Assembly (NCBI RefSeq): GCF_006345805.1
Contig: NC_043005.1
Location: forward strand, 46,562,001-46,626,000
DNA from: Octopus sinensis
Taxonomy: Eukaryota
Direction of reading: 5' to 3'
Length of the DNA stretch: 64,000 nt
Both the position numbers and the translations under genes were made by a program. The notes under the pieces were generated by a model. The model worked only from the letters and a program-made list of their open reading frames with translations. It ran no database searches and had not been told where the DNA came from. Positions 13,201 to 27,179 of the stretch are shown one piece after another. Position 1 is the first letter of the stretch; each line of letters begins with the position of its first letter.

Positions 13201-13535
13201 TCCTGTTTTGATATATATATATATATTGCATTCGAAAGGCGGAGTAGATGGAACGGGGACAACTGGAGAAGGGGAATATTCTTTATGTTGTATGTCGCGT
13301 TTCTTTGTTTTTTCGTTGTTCGAAAAAAAAGCTTGTTTCTATGTTTTGTTTTTGTTTTCGCTTCTCATTGTGTTCAACGTTTCTTTTTGATGTTCTGTAC
13401 CCATATATGCATGTATATATACATATATATGTAGGTATGTACATATATGTATATATATATGCATTTATATATATATATATATATTATTTATATCATTATA
13501 TGATCGAACGCCACGCATCCTTTTCCAAGTAAGTT

Positions 13536-13617
<82 letters not shown>

Positions 13618-13704
13618 GCGCGTGTGTATATATGCATGCGTACATATAAAATAATATGTTTGTTATATACGTGTGCCGGTATGTAGATGAATACAATCCT
13701 TCCT

Positions 13705-14317
13705 ATTATAGGCACAAGTCCTTAAATTTTGGGGGAGGTGGCTAGTCGATTACATCGACCCTTGTGCTGGGCTGGTACTTATTTTACCGATACCGAAAGG
13801 ACGAAAGGCAAAGTGGAATTCAGCAGAATTTGATCCCAGAATGTAAAGACAAATGACATGCTGCTGCTAAGTGTCTTTTTTCTGCGTGCCTATGATTCTT
13901 ATTTCTTTACTGCCCACAAGGGGCTACACACACAGGGGACAAACAAGGACAGGCAAACAGATTAAGTCGATTATATTGACACCAGTGCGTAACTGGTACT
14001 TATTTAATCGACCCCGAAAGGATGAAAGGCAAAGTCAACCTCGGCGGAATTTGAACTCAGAACATAGCAACAGACGAAATACCCATTTCTTTACTACCTA
14101 CAAGGGGCTAAACACAGAGGGGACAAACAAGGACAGACAAACGGATTAAGTCGATTATAGCGACCCCAGTGCGTAACTGGTACTTATTTAATCGACCCCG
14201 AAAGGATGAGAGGCAAAGTCGACCTTGGCAGAATTTGAACTCAGAACGTAGCGGCAGACGAAATACTGCTAAGCATTTCGCCCGGCATGCTAACGATTCT
14301 GCCAGCTCGCTGCCTTA
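13705..14317 (-). mobile_element. SINE family B cluster: one partial copy, then a tandem dimer with a 184-bp period
   Basis: TCTTTACT.CC.ACAAGGGGCTA recurs at 13904 and 14088; the array ends in a full head ...GCCAGCTCGCTGCCTT at ~14317. Confidence 0.85.
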
Positions 14318-14989
14318 ATCTCAATAAATATAATATATGCAGAAAAATAAACAGGTAATTTATATGCATGTATTATTTTATAAAAAATTCTTTTAATCGT
14401 TTTTTTTTTAATCCTAAGTTCCGTTTTCGTCATTGAACTTAAAATCTTGAAAAGGTTCGAAGACTACTCTAAATTTTCAAATAACTATCAAAATAAATTC
14501 ATCAGTACACTGTTCATCGACGCAAACATTGGAGAAGGAAAAAGTAATCTAAAACAAACGTTCTCATAACTCAATCACCAATTCCTGTTGATAAAAGCAT
14601 TAATTTTGTTATTCTTTCTGTTTTAACAGATTAAAAGATTAACTGACTATCTTAAGACAAAATTTAAAACGGCAAGCAAAAACAAGATGGTAAACATTTT
14701 AAAATTTTCTGAAATCCAGCATCGAAAAAATAATTTTTTACAAGAAAGTTTTTCTTTAAGCTATGAAATATAGACAGCGGATAAAGCAAAATTTTCAAGA
14801 AATATGCGTGAATTAGAGAGTTGTACTAACACCTTAGTCACTGTAAGTTTTGTGTTAACTCTTCATTGATTATTTACAACCATTGTGATGGTATTTACAT
14901 CATTCGTATATTAACAAATACTTGATTTAACATCGAAGGACATCTAATTATCTGGTTAGGTTTTTTTTACTTGCCTCAGGTATTGGAAA

Positions 14990-15216
14990 GCGCCCATGCT
15001 TGGATACCACCGTGAACGGTTTTGGTCGAACGAATCGAACCCAGTAGTCGACTCTGGTACACATTCTACCGGTCTCGTTTGCCGCATCACTAAATAACAG
15101 GAACGTAAACAAACCAACAAGGGATGCTAAGCTGTGGTGGCAGACAATGCCGCATCGCTAAATAATAGAGACGTAAAGAAACCAACAACGGATGCCAAGC
15201 TGTGGTGGTAGACAAA
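14990..15216 (-). mobile_element. Degenerate SINE A body with an internal 68-bp tandem duplication
   Basis: The TGCCGCATC.CTAAATAA...GCTGTGGTGG.AGACAA unit starts at 15080 and again at 15148. Confidence 0.65.
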
Positions 15217-15419
15217 TTTCTCATCAAACAGCCACATCTGCGCTTATAAAATAATTGTATTCCCACTGTTAGAATGAGTACTAGGCTTAAAAAAGAAGTA
15301 CTGGTGACGATTCTTTCGACTAGAAAATTCCAGGCAGTGCCCCAGCATAACCGTAGTCTAATGACTGAAAGACGTAAAAGATTAAGACACAAACACACAC
15401 ACATACATCCATATATATC

Positions 15420-15460
<41 letters not shown>

Positions 15461-17282
15461 ATATATAAAAGGGTGGGTGCATGTATGTGTATGTGTGTGC
15501 GTGTGTTTCTGCGTGTGTATGTGCACGTCAGTTAACTGTATTCCACTGAAGACAAAAGCTGTACATTCATTATAAGATCACTTGTCTCAATGCGGACGAA
15601 CACACGAACAAACCTTGTTTTCACACAGCTATTCTTCTTCTGTCAAAGACATTTTAAACATAAGCACGATGTTCTCATTAATATTTATTTTTCCGCAAGA
15701 ACCACTCAGATATAAGATTGTGACAAAATTTCCTTTTGTTAGAATTTATACAACAATCAAACTGCCGATTTAATGAAATGCTGGTCTTCACAAAATGTCT
15801 TCCAGTCCTTCACAAGTTTTAGCTTAGTTGGCCGAATTTTAAAAATACAATCCATTCATCTTTGTTCATTTATTTAGAAATCTAACTTCACTCAGTTGGC
15901 AGGTAAGCGTTTCATTACGTAACCAAATACATTGATGACCATAGATATGAAGAACGTGAATGGAAGTTCTAAGTAACAGAGTTGATTGTCTATTACGTCA
16001 ATTGTCTACATATTGCTTCTTTTCCATTGACTTCCGCTGTTATATTCTGGCGACAAAGTAATAACTCATTTTGCGAAGAGTCGGTTCTACGTTTCTAGAT
16101 TAGAGAATAAATTTCCAAATCTTGACACTTTTTTTGTCAAATATTGAAGTGTTGTATTGGCATTTGGGTTCTTAAATAAAAGCATTTACGTTCAGAATAA
16201 CTGATGAGCATGTTCGTCCTTTCACGATCATGCTATTGCTAAAGAAATGCTATGGAGAATATATGATTTATTCATAGGTCATATCTACGATGTAAATCGT
16301 AGCCAGTCGAGTTGATAGAATACCTTAAAGACGGCTACGTAATTGACAGTTTACATCACTTTAAACGAGGTTGTGTTTTGCCCATCGTCGAGGGAGATCC
16401 GTTTATGTGGTCATTCACCCTGCAAGACACAGCAGTCAAATTTTCTTCGTGCATATGCAACAATTTAAAACATACAGTCGGGACACAATGGATAAGGCTG
16501 TTAGATACACTGTCTAAAAAGTGAAGTTCAGGTCACTTTCCAATTACTTTGAGCATAATACTGCTCAGTCAAACCAGAAATTATCTAACTCTCTTTAAAT
16601 CTCGCTTTATCGTCTTATAAAATGAACGATCCGTTGATAATATAGTCATAGATAATTAAGATGAGATGGTCAAAGCGGACCAGCTTTGATAATGGGTCTG
16701 CTAGAATTTAGTCGATTTGGTACTTAACACCAACAACTGCAAATCTTTGATTACTAAATTGACATACTTCAGCCTATTACTTTTAGAAATTCAAACGGCA
16801 TACTCTTAGAGTTATCACAATTTCAAGGGAAGATGAAAGTTTAAACTCTAACTGATCCCAGATGATATAAGGAGGAAACATTTGAAAAAAAAACAATAAT
16901 TAAAAGTAATGTGTAGTGGGGAGCATCTTCCGCCCAACGTATGAAGAAGAAAGGAATGAAATGCAGAAGAAAAAATAATAAAACCGTAAGAACGACAAGA
17001 AGAATGAGGACGTAATCAAGAATGAGAACAACAAGAACAAAAAAGAAGAAAAAGAATTATTGGTAATACTATGGAAAGACTTTCTCCCGTGTTTATTGGT
17101 CACCTTGACTAAAGATCAGATTAAACTGAGCAGGTGAGTTACTTAATCGATTGATTTGACCGGGATTAATTATTTCTCATAATAATTTTAAACTTAACTT
17201 TTCCTTTTTTTTAATCTGAGGAAAGAGTTTAGTTGGTATGGCCATTGCTGACCTTCTCAAGCTAGTGAGCAATCAATGGTAA

Positions 17283-18147
17283 TTGGTTTCAAATTTTGGC
17301 ATGAGTGCACCAATTTCGAACGATAGTGTAAGTGGATTAAAGGTAAAGGTAAAGCTACCCTCTCGGGTCATGCTGACTCATAAGGGCCAGTTTCCCGGTT
17401 TCATTGCATATAAATTCTCCACCTGGACGGGATGCCGGTCCGTCGTAGCATTACTCATTTTTGCCAGCTGAGAGATTTGGAGGAACGTGAAACGAAATGA
17501 TTTGCTCAAGAGCATAACTCGTCACCCGGTCCAGGAATCGAAACGACAATTTTACGATCCTGGGTTCAACACCCTAACCACTAAACCACACGTCTCCACT
17601 GTAAGTGGATTACATCGACCCAAGTGCTCAGCTGGTGCTTAGTTTATCGACCTCGAAAGGATGAAAGGCAAAGTCAACTCTGGTCTCGACAGAATGTGAA
17701 CTCAGAACGTAAAGACGGACGAAATACCTATTTCTTTACTTCCCACAAGAGACTACACACAGAGGGGACAAACAAGGACAGACAAACGGATTTAGTCGAT
17801 TATATCGACCCCAGTGCGTAACTGGTTCTTATTTAATCGACCCTGAAAAGATGAAACGCAAAGTCGACCTCGGCGGAATTTGAACTCAGAACGTAACCGC
17901 AGACGAAATACCTATTTTTTTACTGCCTACAAGGGGCTACACACAGAAGGGACAAACAAGGACAGACAAACGGATTTAGTCGATTATATCAACCCCAGTG
18001 CGTAACTGGTTCTTATTTAATCGACCCCGAAAGGATGAAAGGCAAAGTTGACGTCGGCGGAATTTGAACTCAGAACGTAGCAGCAAACGAAATACCGCTA
18101 AGCATTTTGCCCGGTGTGCTAACGATTATGCCAGCTCGCCGCCTTAG
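17283..18147 (-). mobile_element. SINE family B tandem multimer (184-bp period), interrupted by a nested SINE
   Basis: Units start at 17733 and 17917; a head ends at ~18147; the 3' portion at 17283-17339 is split off by the insertion at 17340-17599. Confidence 0.85.
17340..17599 (-). mobile_element. SINE (V-like body, tail type 1) nested in SINE B with a 13-bp target-site duplication
   Basis: TGTAAGTGGATTA at 17327-17339 and at 17600-17612. Confidence 0.9.
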
Positions 18148-18559
18148 CGCTCAAGGTAATTGGCATTTAACTTTGGATACCAATCAGTGGAGTTGCGTAG
18201 TGGTGGTGGTGGTGGTGGGGAATATGCTCAGGAAGTTTTAAGAGGTTTGGATTCTGAGCTGGAAAGACTGGAATAAAGAATTTAATATAAGATTATCAGG
18301 ATGTGATGCGTTGTTTTCTTTTGAGCAAAACATTCCCTTTTATGTTGTTCTAGTCCATTCAGTTCTAAAGTAGTAAGGACTCTACGAAGGACTGTTTAAA
18401 CTGTTCAGGTTGAATGTGAATTCGGTCACTTATGCTCCATGGAAACGAAGTAACCAAACCTACGGGTCCTAAGACTGCAGACAATAATGTTCATGGGTTG
18501 ATGATGATGATGATGACGACGACGACGACGACAATGATGATGATAATGAAACTTTCTCC

Positions 18560-18950
18560 ACGCGTGGCTGTGCTTCTCAACGACATGGTTCCGGGTTCAG
18601 TCTCACTGCATGGTACCTTGGGCAAGTGTCTTCTACTATAGCCTCGGGCCAACCAAAGCCTTGTGAGTGGATTTGGTAGACGGAAACTGAAAGAAGGCCG
18701 ACGTGTGTGTGTGTGTGTGTCTGTGTGTGCGCGCGTGTGTGTGTCTGTGTGTGCGTGTGTGTGTGTCTGCCATCGCTTGATAACCGATGCTGGTGTGTTT
18801 ATCTCCCCGTAACTTAGTAGTTTGGCAAAAGAGACCGCTAGAATAAGTTCTAGTAAGTAATAATGCCGATTTGTTCGACTAAAACCCTATAACGCGGTGC
18901 TTCAGCATGGCTGTAGTCAAACGACTGAAACAAATAAAAGAATACATAAG
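18560..18950 (+). mobile_element. SINE family A
   Basis: Family A consensus with an internal (TG)n. Confidence 0.85.
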
Positions 18951-19570
18951 AACGAAGGCATTACAGACTTGACCACACCATATTTATTACGTGTTTCTAG
19001 TCCTTGATTATCTAACTTACCTTTCGCTTTATTTTAAAGATATCTAATATAATTTCAGCAATATCTGTCTCCTACTTCTGTCAGGTTAATAAATAATTTA
19101 GACATCCAATTGCTGGTTGGCATTTTAAACGCATATGGAAAATACGGTAAGATGGTGGTGTATGCTTTTAAATAATCAAGTCTGTTAAATAATTTTCTAG
19201 TTTAGAGAATAAGGAAACGCTGCAGTTGTACAACAAGAGAGACGGACACAAATACACATATATATGAACGGATAGATAAACACAAGTATATATACCTACA
19301 TGCATACCACCAAAAATTTCCTTGGATTATGGTTGACGTTGTGTGTGTGTGTGTTGTGTGTGTGTGTGTGTGGTGTGTGTGTGTGTGCAACGCTTACCTA
19401 TGCATTCAAATATTATTACCATATTTGTCCTACACTGTATCGGTACAGCTTGTTGCAACCTCCAAAACAAACTGCTATTGTCCTTTGGTATCATTAGGCT
19501 GTAGCCGGCGTAATGAAAAGATGTTTTTATATGCATATTCAAAAACGTTACCCGTAAATGAACTTAAAGG

Positions 19571-19618
<48 letters not shown>

Positions 19619-19646
19619 ACATATACGTACATGTAAATATAAATAT

Positions 19647-19938
19647 AAGGCACATGGCCTAGTGGTTAGAGCAGCGGACTCGCGGGTTCGAATCTCAGAC
19701 CGGGCGATGTGTGTGTTTATGAACGAAACACCTAAGCTCCAGGCGGCTCCGGCAGTAGGTAATGGCGAACTTCTGCTGGCTCTTTCGCCACAACTTTCTC
19801 TCACTCTTTCCTCCTGCATATTGCAGCTCACCTGCGACGGACCGGCGTCCCGTCCAGGTGGGGGACTTATACGCCAGGGAAACCGGGAAACCGGCCCTTA
19901 TGAGCCAGGCATGGCTTGAGAAGGAACAAACAACAACA
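19647..19938 (+). mobile_element. SINE: body X plus tail type 1 (hybrid)
   Basis: A box TGGCCTAGTGG, B box GGTTCGAATC; body GGCTCCGGCAG...CACAACTTTCTCTCACTCTT; tail CCGTCCAGGTGGGG...GAAACCGGGAAACCGGCCCTTATGAG. Confidence 0.85.
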
Positions 19939-20058
19939 AATATAAATATAAGCATACGTACACAAACATATTTATTTTATTTTTTCAATTTAATCTAGTT
20001 TCAGCTCATGAGCTGTGGCCATGCTGGGGCACTGCCATTATATATATATATAAAGTTG

Positions 20059-20157
<99 letters not shown>

Positions 20158-20581
20158 AGAGAATGGATGAGCAAACAAGAGAATCTAGAAAGTATGCGGC
20201 AATGGGTTGTAGCATGTTGTTGAATAAAATAACTTCTGTATCTGTTATTAGTTGCAATATAAAGCGTGTTTACATTGCAATTCCGTTTAGAAGAGACTCA
20301 CTTACTGTTCATAGGTGAAGGTTTTTTATTGTCTTTGAAGATAAAGCTCAGTTTTAAAGATCCAGGTTTGTCAATATTGTCGCCATGAAAAATTATGACA
20401 AATATAGAGACATTGCATTGTTGAAAACTAGGAGACGAGTCAATGGTTTTCATGAGATTGCAGTTTGTTATCTCTGACATGAGATGTCCAACTGGGATGG
20501 ATTATAGCCAGGTGAAGATGGCATCATAACGTTAATGTATAAGGTGAAGTCCACAAGTCACAGTACCAGATGTATTTATGC

Positions 20582-20615
<34 letters not shown>

Positions 20616-21122
20616 TGGGGGGCACTTGCCGTAACAGCGCATCACAATATCCAACACCTGGCGGGTGACACCTTTGCACCTCTCAGGCGAAAACCATCCA
20701 ATGCATGGGTGTGTTTGGGTAGTCGTTGTTGGTGAGGGTTTTACGAGGTCAGAGCACAAATCCTACCTCAGCCTCTTTTAGTTGCCTGTTTTCATGTACA
20801 GGAGTAATATTATAGAAAATATAAACGGGTACTTGAGCAAAACGATGTTAAATGAAAATTAGCGAAAGAGATCCTTTGACACGCAGATCCTTTGACATGT
20901 AGATCTACCGCATATGGATTGCGACGGCTAATTTATCTGGGCGTCCTCATGCAAGACAATGGTCAAAGCCTTTTTCTGTAAGACTGGCAAACAACAGCAT
21001 TACTTCACTCGTCTTTCTGAAAAGTCTGTTCTCATATAATCTCACAGGGAGCAATAAAAATTTTTTGGTAGAACTAGAATGAAAATAAATATTACTTATC
21101 AATTATTTCGCTGCACTATAAT

Positions 21123-21175
<53 letters not shown>

Positions 21176-21299
21176 TTGTTTTTCTGTTCACTTGTATTTT
21201 ATTATCTAACATTTTTATCTCATGCAGAATTCATTCCAAGCAAGCTTCCTCACCAGCGACATTATTAAATTTTGCCTAGGAAATACTAAAAGATCCATT

Positions 21300-21447
21300 T
21301 TATTGTAAGGTAACACCATCTGTTATACATACATATACACATACACATAGATATTTACACACAACTCACACACATACATACACATATCTATATACACTCA
21401 AACATACTCACAGACATGAACACACGCGTACACATATATACATTCAA

Positions 21448-21497
<50 letters not shown>

Positions 21498-21566
21498 CAT
21501 ATATATACATGTATATATATATATATATATGTTATATATATGTATATATATATATGTATGTATATA

Positions 21567-21605
<39 letters not shown>

Positions 21606-21621
21606 TATATATATATATATG

Positions 21622-21685
<64 letters not shown>

Positions 21686-21700
21686 ATATATATATATATA

Positions 21701-21785
<85 letters not shown>

Positions 21786-21800
21786 ATATATATATATATA
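21300..21800. repeat. Compound (CA)/(TA)n microsatellite tract
   Basis: Direct reading; source of the YIYI... ORFs. Confidence 0.95.
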
Positions 21801-22288
21801 GGTATATAAGAAAGTAGTTCGTAATATGTTTGCCGTCATTTATTTCTGACATCGTTCAAGCAAATATACTTCAGGAAAAAAAGTATAGAAAAGGACGGAA
21901 AAGAAAGTAAGACAACTAATTTGATGACAGTTTTCCTGGCTGACTCACGATATTTTCATGACCCGATATGAAATATTAAGATTTTTCTTGGCCAAATTCC
22001 CAAAACCTACAGGATAGTAATTAAGCTGAGTGGAATTTATGTTTCTGTACATGTTTAAAGTCATAAGCAATATGCGCATGCGCGTGTGCATACATATTCA
22101 CGCACATTCACATACACAAAATATATTTGCAAATATCCATGAGTATACAATTAATTCACGCAAATATATACTATATTACTATATATATATATAGATGCCT
22201 AGTAATATCCAAAATATCCATTCGCTTCATCTTTATTATGATATAAGTGTGTGTGTGTTCGTATATATATATATATATATATAATATA

Positions 22289-22332
<44 letters not shown>

Positions 22333-22811
22333 TTACATATATGAATCTATATAGTTATTATACATGCATATATATTGACCACGTATGTAGCCTTTTATAT
22401 GTGAGCATGGTTTGTGTGAATTGCTTATATGTATTGATGAAGGATTCAGCGAGAAACCCCCCCAAATCGCTGCTCTTCAAGTGAAGTCCCATATTACTGT
22501 TTTTCCTGCAGGGAGTTATGCGGATATTCTCTGTTCGTTCTTGCCGTCAGTGATGAGGAGCAACAGCAATTGGTTCGTTGGAAGCCTTTGACTCTTGACG
22601 CTGCTTTTAACTAAATGTGATGTAAAAATAAATGAAGGAGAGGGTACAAGAATTTAAAAGAAAATAATGTGTGTAAAACTGAATACCAGAAATAACAGTG
22701 TACCATATTTAGTTTCTAAAATAAAGTGAAAAGAAACAGAAGCTTAGAATGCGTGGCTGGAGGGTGGCGGACTAAAGAGAAAAACAGAAAGTCTGTGTTG
22801 TATACAGTATT

Positions 22812-23025
22812 GGTTTCAAATTTTGGCACAATGCCAGCAATTTCAGTGGAGTAGATAAGTCGATCACATCCACCTCAGTGCTCAACAAGTACTTATTTTA
22901 CAGATTTCGAAAGGCTGAAAGGCAAAGTCTAATTCGGCAGAAATTGAATTCAAAACGTAAAGACGGACGAAATGCTGCTAAGCATTTTGTCCGGCGTGTT
23001 AACGACTCTCCCAGCTCGCTCCCTT
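22812..23025 (-). mobile_element. SINE family B
   Basis: TTGGTTTCAAATTTTGGCAC...GAAAGGCAAAGTC...CCAGCTCGCTCCCTT. Confidence 0.8.
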
Positions 23026-23124
23026 ATTGTGTAGTATAATATTGTTTCTTACAATACGTAGACTTTGTGCTAATCAGCACTAGTCGAAGGTAAACCTGAG
23101 CATTACCTAAGTTTCTAGCTATTA

Positions 23125-23319
23125 CAGGTAAGTTCACTGCCATCAATTCACCGTGAAGAAAGTTCACTGTGAGTGAAGTTTATTGCGAAGAAAGTTTATC
23201 GAGAAAATATATCCATAGCATTTCACCATTAATAGTTAAAAACTATTTTATTGGAAAAAAAAGAAAAAGAAAAAAACAAAACAAAATAAACGGTGAAATG
23301 ATGACGGTGAACTTACCGG
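23125..23319. mobile_element. Small MITE-like element, ~195 bp, ~30-bp TIRs
   Basis: Left GGTAAGTTCACTGCCATCAATTCACCGT versus reverse complement of right GGTAAGTTCACCGTCATCATTTCACCGT. Confidence 0.6.
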
Positions 23320-24465
23320 ACATGGTTTCTCGCAGCTTTGTTTGGGTTCCTAAATATTAAGCTTCATGTAATCTCGTATGTACCCCTTTATTTCTGTGTT
23401 CGTAATTTTATGATTTTCTTCTGTGGGAGAAAATAGGTTTGTCTCATATTCGTAGCAGACTTCAACAATTTCTTTCAACAATATCATTTTGCTCAGCATC
23501 ATTCAGTTAAAAATGTATCAGTAGATACGCACCGTAAATAACATCTCAAAGCTTGCCGTTTGCTCTCTGTCGTTATCGTTTTGTATCTTTTTTACCTTAA
23601 GTTCTTTCGCTTACTTCTATCCATTCAGTTTTTCCGTATGTACTAAGTAGGATCAGTCATTTTCGAACGGCTGTCTAGTTGCGCTCCGTCGTCAAACTCC
23701 AGTAGCACCATCTGTAAGTCCACTTTTTTATTGTTATCGTTCTGAATTTACTGTACTAGACTTCTCTGGCTCAATCCTAAAACATTTATTTGCCATTGCA
23801 GCTGTCTACAAGCATACATTTGCTGCCTAGTGTTACTAGATTATCATTTTAACATAGTTATTACCCTGCAGAAAAATCATGGGTTGTTCTATTGCCGACT
23901 TGTTAAAATGGATATTTCCATGATATTTTTTTTACTTATACTAGTTACGCTTGACATTTAGAACTTTGTAATTGATGTTGACTATTATTATTTCTCCTAC
24001 TTTGCTCTAATGCACTACAATAGGTTTACGAGTAAAAAAACTAAGAAATGCATTCCACTGTTTCGTACAAAACTCATTTTCCCCTTTAAAATTTCGGACC
24101 GAAGATCGTGATTAAAGATTTTTGAATGACTTTGAAAGTCAGTTTTTCGAGACGAGTCGCTAATTTTCGGATATTTCCTTAGAACTGCGTCGTTCCCACC
24201 AGGTCGTATTCTTTTCAGTGTACCTTTAGTACCCTCGGGACATGACAGAACTATTTACGGAAGAGACTATAGCACAAAATCATCTGAATCAGTTGGTGGT
24301 AATCTCTACTGGACGGACTTACGCAAATGCAGTTCTGTATGAGGATTATTGAGAAGTTTATCAAATAATTCAGCTTTCATAATAAAAGATCTTTTCCAAA
24401 TATTGTTATCAAATATTGTAATATCGAGATGAAAAATGTTTGCAATAATTTTTTCACAGCGTTTT

Positions 24466-24790
24466 AGAGCGGCGAGTTGGCAGAATCGTTTGTGCGCCGG
24501 GCAAAACGCTTAGCGGTGTTTCGTCTGTTTATGTTCTGAGTTCAAATGCCGTCGAGGTTCACTTTCCCTTTCGTCGTTTCGGAGTCAACAAAATAAGGAC
24601 CGGTTGTGGGTCGATGTAAATTGGTGGCCTTGTGTCAAGACTTGAAATTAATATTTTCACAGTATTTAAGACAGCGAGCTGACAGACTCGTTCGCATGCC
24701 GGTGAGATTGTTTAGCGACATTTCGCCCCTCTTTACGGGCGAAATGCTTAGTGTTATTTCGTCTCTCACAACGTTTCGAAAACTGAGGAG
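24466..24790 (+). mobile_element. Two SINE family B copies, the second a head fragment
   Basis: GCGGCGAGTTGGCAGAATCGTT...GAGTTCAAAT; second head GCGAGCTGACAGACTCGTT at ~24675. Confidence 0.7.
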
Positions 24791-26519
24791 ATCTCACTAC
24801 GCTTTTGATAATTTTATCTAAGAAAAATTTATTGGATATCGAGCAGCTTCTGCACAAGATTATATATCGCTTCTGCTGTTCATTTTGTCAGTGCTGACGT
24901 TCAGTTTTCTGTCACTCAATACAATGACAATGCCTTGGTTGATATTGAAGCGAATCTTAGGTATCACTGTTCAATTTGCAATCTATGTCTATTGCCGTGT
25001 TACCCAACTGAACATCGTATTGGTTTTCTGCGTTGAAAATGTATATAGGAGAATTATTTGCCACATTGCAGTAGTTCTCCTTGTCCACAGCTCGCTTTAC
25101 TGTACATCAGGGCTTCATGACTAAAAACGTAGAGGATGATAACTAATGGTGCTGAAAAGCACGTTAAATCTGACAACATGCGTCCTGTTATCCAGTGCAC
25201 TGTGCCCTTCGATTTATTGGGGACTTTCTGATGTGTTCCAATGAGTATATAAAATCATCAGAGTCGTCTCTAACGCCTTTTCTACAGATGCTTGCTTTCG
25301 TCTTATTCTCCTTCAAGTACTTCCTTTACCAATAGACCCATAATTAAATAAACTACAATTTTGTCCGCTCGATATGAATGCTGCGGCGAACTGGTATTGA
25401 ATTATATTGAATATCTGAATATGATGTAGCAGAATTTGGACGATAAAGATATGTGGCATACGCTAAAGTCAAAAGTCACTGAATTTATCAAAAATAATCA
25501 GCTTGATCAAGGGAAGTCATACCAGCGTAGCATATAGTTACAGCTTTGGAGTACATGATGATCATTGGGATTATTGTATGATAGCCAACAGATTGTGAAG
25601 AATCTTTCACCGATTTTCACCATGAGACCTTTATAACTATGCTGAATCGGATTTGTTCAAATGTTGCTTTACGATAGAAAACAATAATATCACGAACATT
25701 TAAACTCATTTTAATGTACAATGCACGAGCATTTTAACTCAATTTTAATGTAGAAAAGCAAGCAGTTTCTCAGCATTATTTGTTTTAGATTCCTGTCTGT
25801 GACTTGTCGGCTGAACTTTGTCTTAAGGCAGTGTGCCATAGAGCGGAAATCATGCCCTTAAATATATTAACCGAGTTATTTGGGCTTTTGATCTCCTTCA
25901 GGGATATTCATTTCTGGTCTTTTCTACTGTTTGACATTGTTGTACCGTTGCCTGTAAACAGCGTGGAGTGTAGAAACGGTTTTCCAAGTTCCAAATGACG
26001 AAGTCTTATTCGCAGAATTCGGTGATGGACAACAGACTGGACAAATTTTATACAGCTATCATGAATAAACGATATTCTGAAGATTTTCTGGTTGCATATT
26101 GTCTGCACTGCGACTAAATACTTCATCCGCTTCTGTATTAATATTGTCCTGTAGAACTATAAAAGCTGGTGAGAGACCACGCTACATAGTAACACAAATG
26201 CAGCTTTTTCTTCATCGTATTAAGAGAAATCTGTAGTGATGACTTAACGATATAAAAGTTATTGGAGTGACCACCAGCACCGGCAGCAGCCGTTCAAGAA
26301 TTTGGACCTGGAGATCTCCATTTCCAGCGACTTCGAGGGCCACCTACCAGTGGTGTCGGGCGTCCACGAAGAGCCCTCGACTACAAGACGACCAAAGTTT
26401 TTTTTTCCAAGGTCTGGGGTCTCCTGCCCCTAAGCCCTAGACCATCACCTAATCACCCTTAGCCGTCTTGTTGCTTAACAACAACAACAACAACAGCAGC
26501 AGCAGCAGCAGCAGCAGCA

Positions 26520-27115
26520 CCATCACCGGCATCGATAGAATAAGCACCAGGTTTCAAAAAGAAAAATTAAGTGCGGAAGGCGATTCGTTTGACTAAAATT
26601 CTTCAAGTTGGTGCTCCAGCATGGCACTGGTTTAATGACTGAAAGAAAAAAAAGTTGATAAAAGATTTCTAAGAATTCAAAGAGAATAAAAAAGAATGTA
26701 TTTCGTCCCGTTTTAAAAGACAACACAAGCAGTAAAATAGATGAACAAAGGCGTACAGCCATATTTCTCTATCATTTTTGGCCTTTGGAATCCTTTCATT
26801 CCTATTTTACCCTATAGCACTTGATATATACTTATAATTTTTTTTACTTGCTTCAATTATTTGACTGCGACCATGCTGGATCATCGTCTTGAGGGGGTTT
26901 TGATGTAGGCCTTCGTGTTGAGTCTGAGGTCGTGTAGGAAGATGAATGGAGGCATAACGTCACCATCACTAGTGATGATCCCAAAAAACATATTCATTGT
27001 AAACCTAGTAATTATTCTATCGGTCTCTTTTGACGAATTGCTAAGTTACAGGGACATAAACACAGCAACATCGGTTGTCAAGTTTTGGCAGGGGAACAAA
27101 TACAGACACAAAAAT
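26520..27115. mobile_element. Two SINE A 3' fragments in opposite orientation (+ 26520-26660; - 26838-27115)
   Basis: GATAGAATAAGCAC...GGTGCTCCAGCATGG on plus; TTTGACTGCGACCATGCTGG...ATTCTATCGGTCTCTTTTG as the reverse copy. Confidence 0.7.
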
Positions 27116-27140
27116 AAATAAATACATACATATATATTGT

Positions 27141-27171
<31 letters not shown>

Positions 27172-27179
27172 AATATATA

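Noticed and set aside
19329-19919. 196-aa ORF, the second longest in the track
   Set aside because: Runs through two (TG)n tracts and a SINE; no protein motif.
21416-21839. Long ORFs of YI/CV/HT repeats, here and at many other microsatellites
   Set aside because: Translations of (TA)n, (CA)n and (TATG)n, which lack stop codons; not genes.
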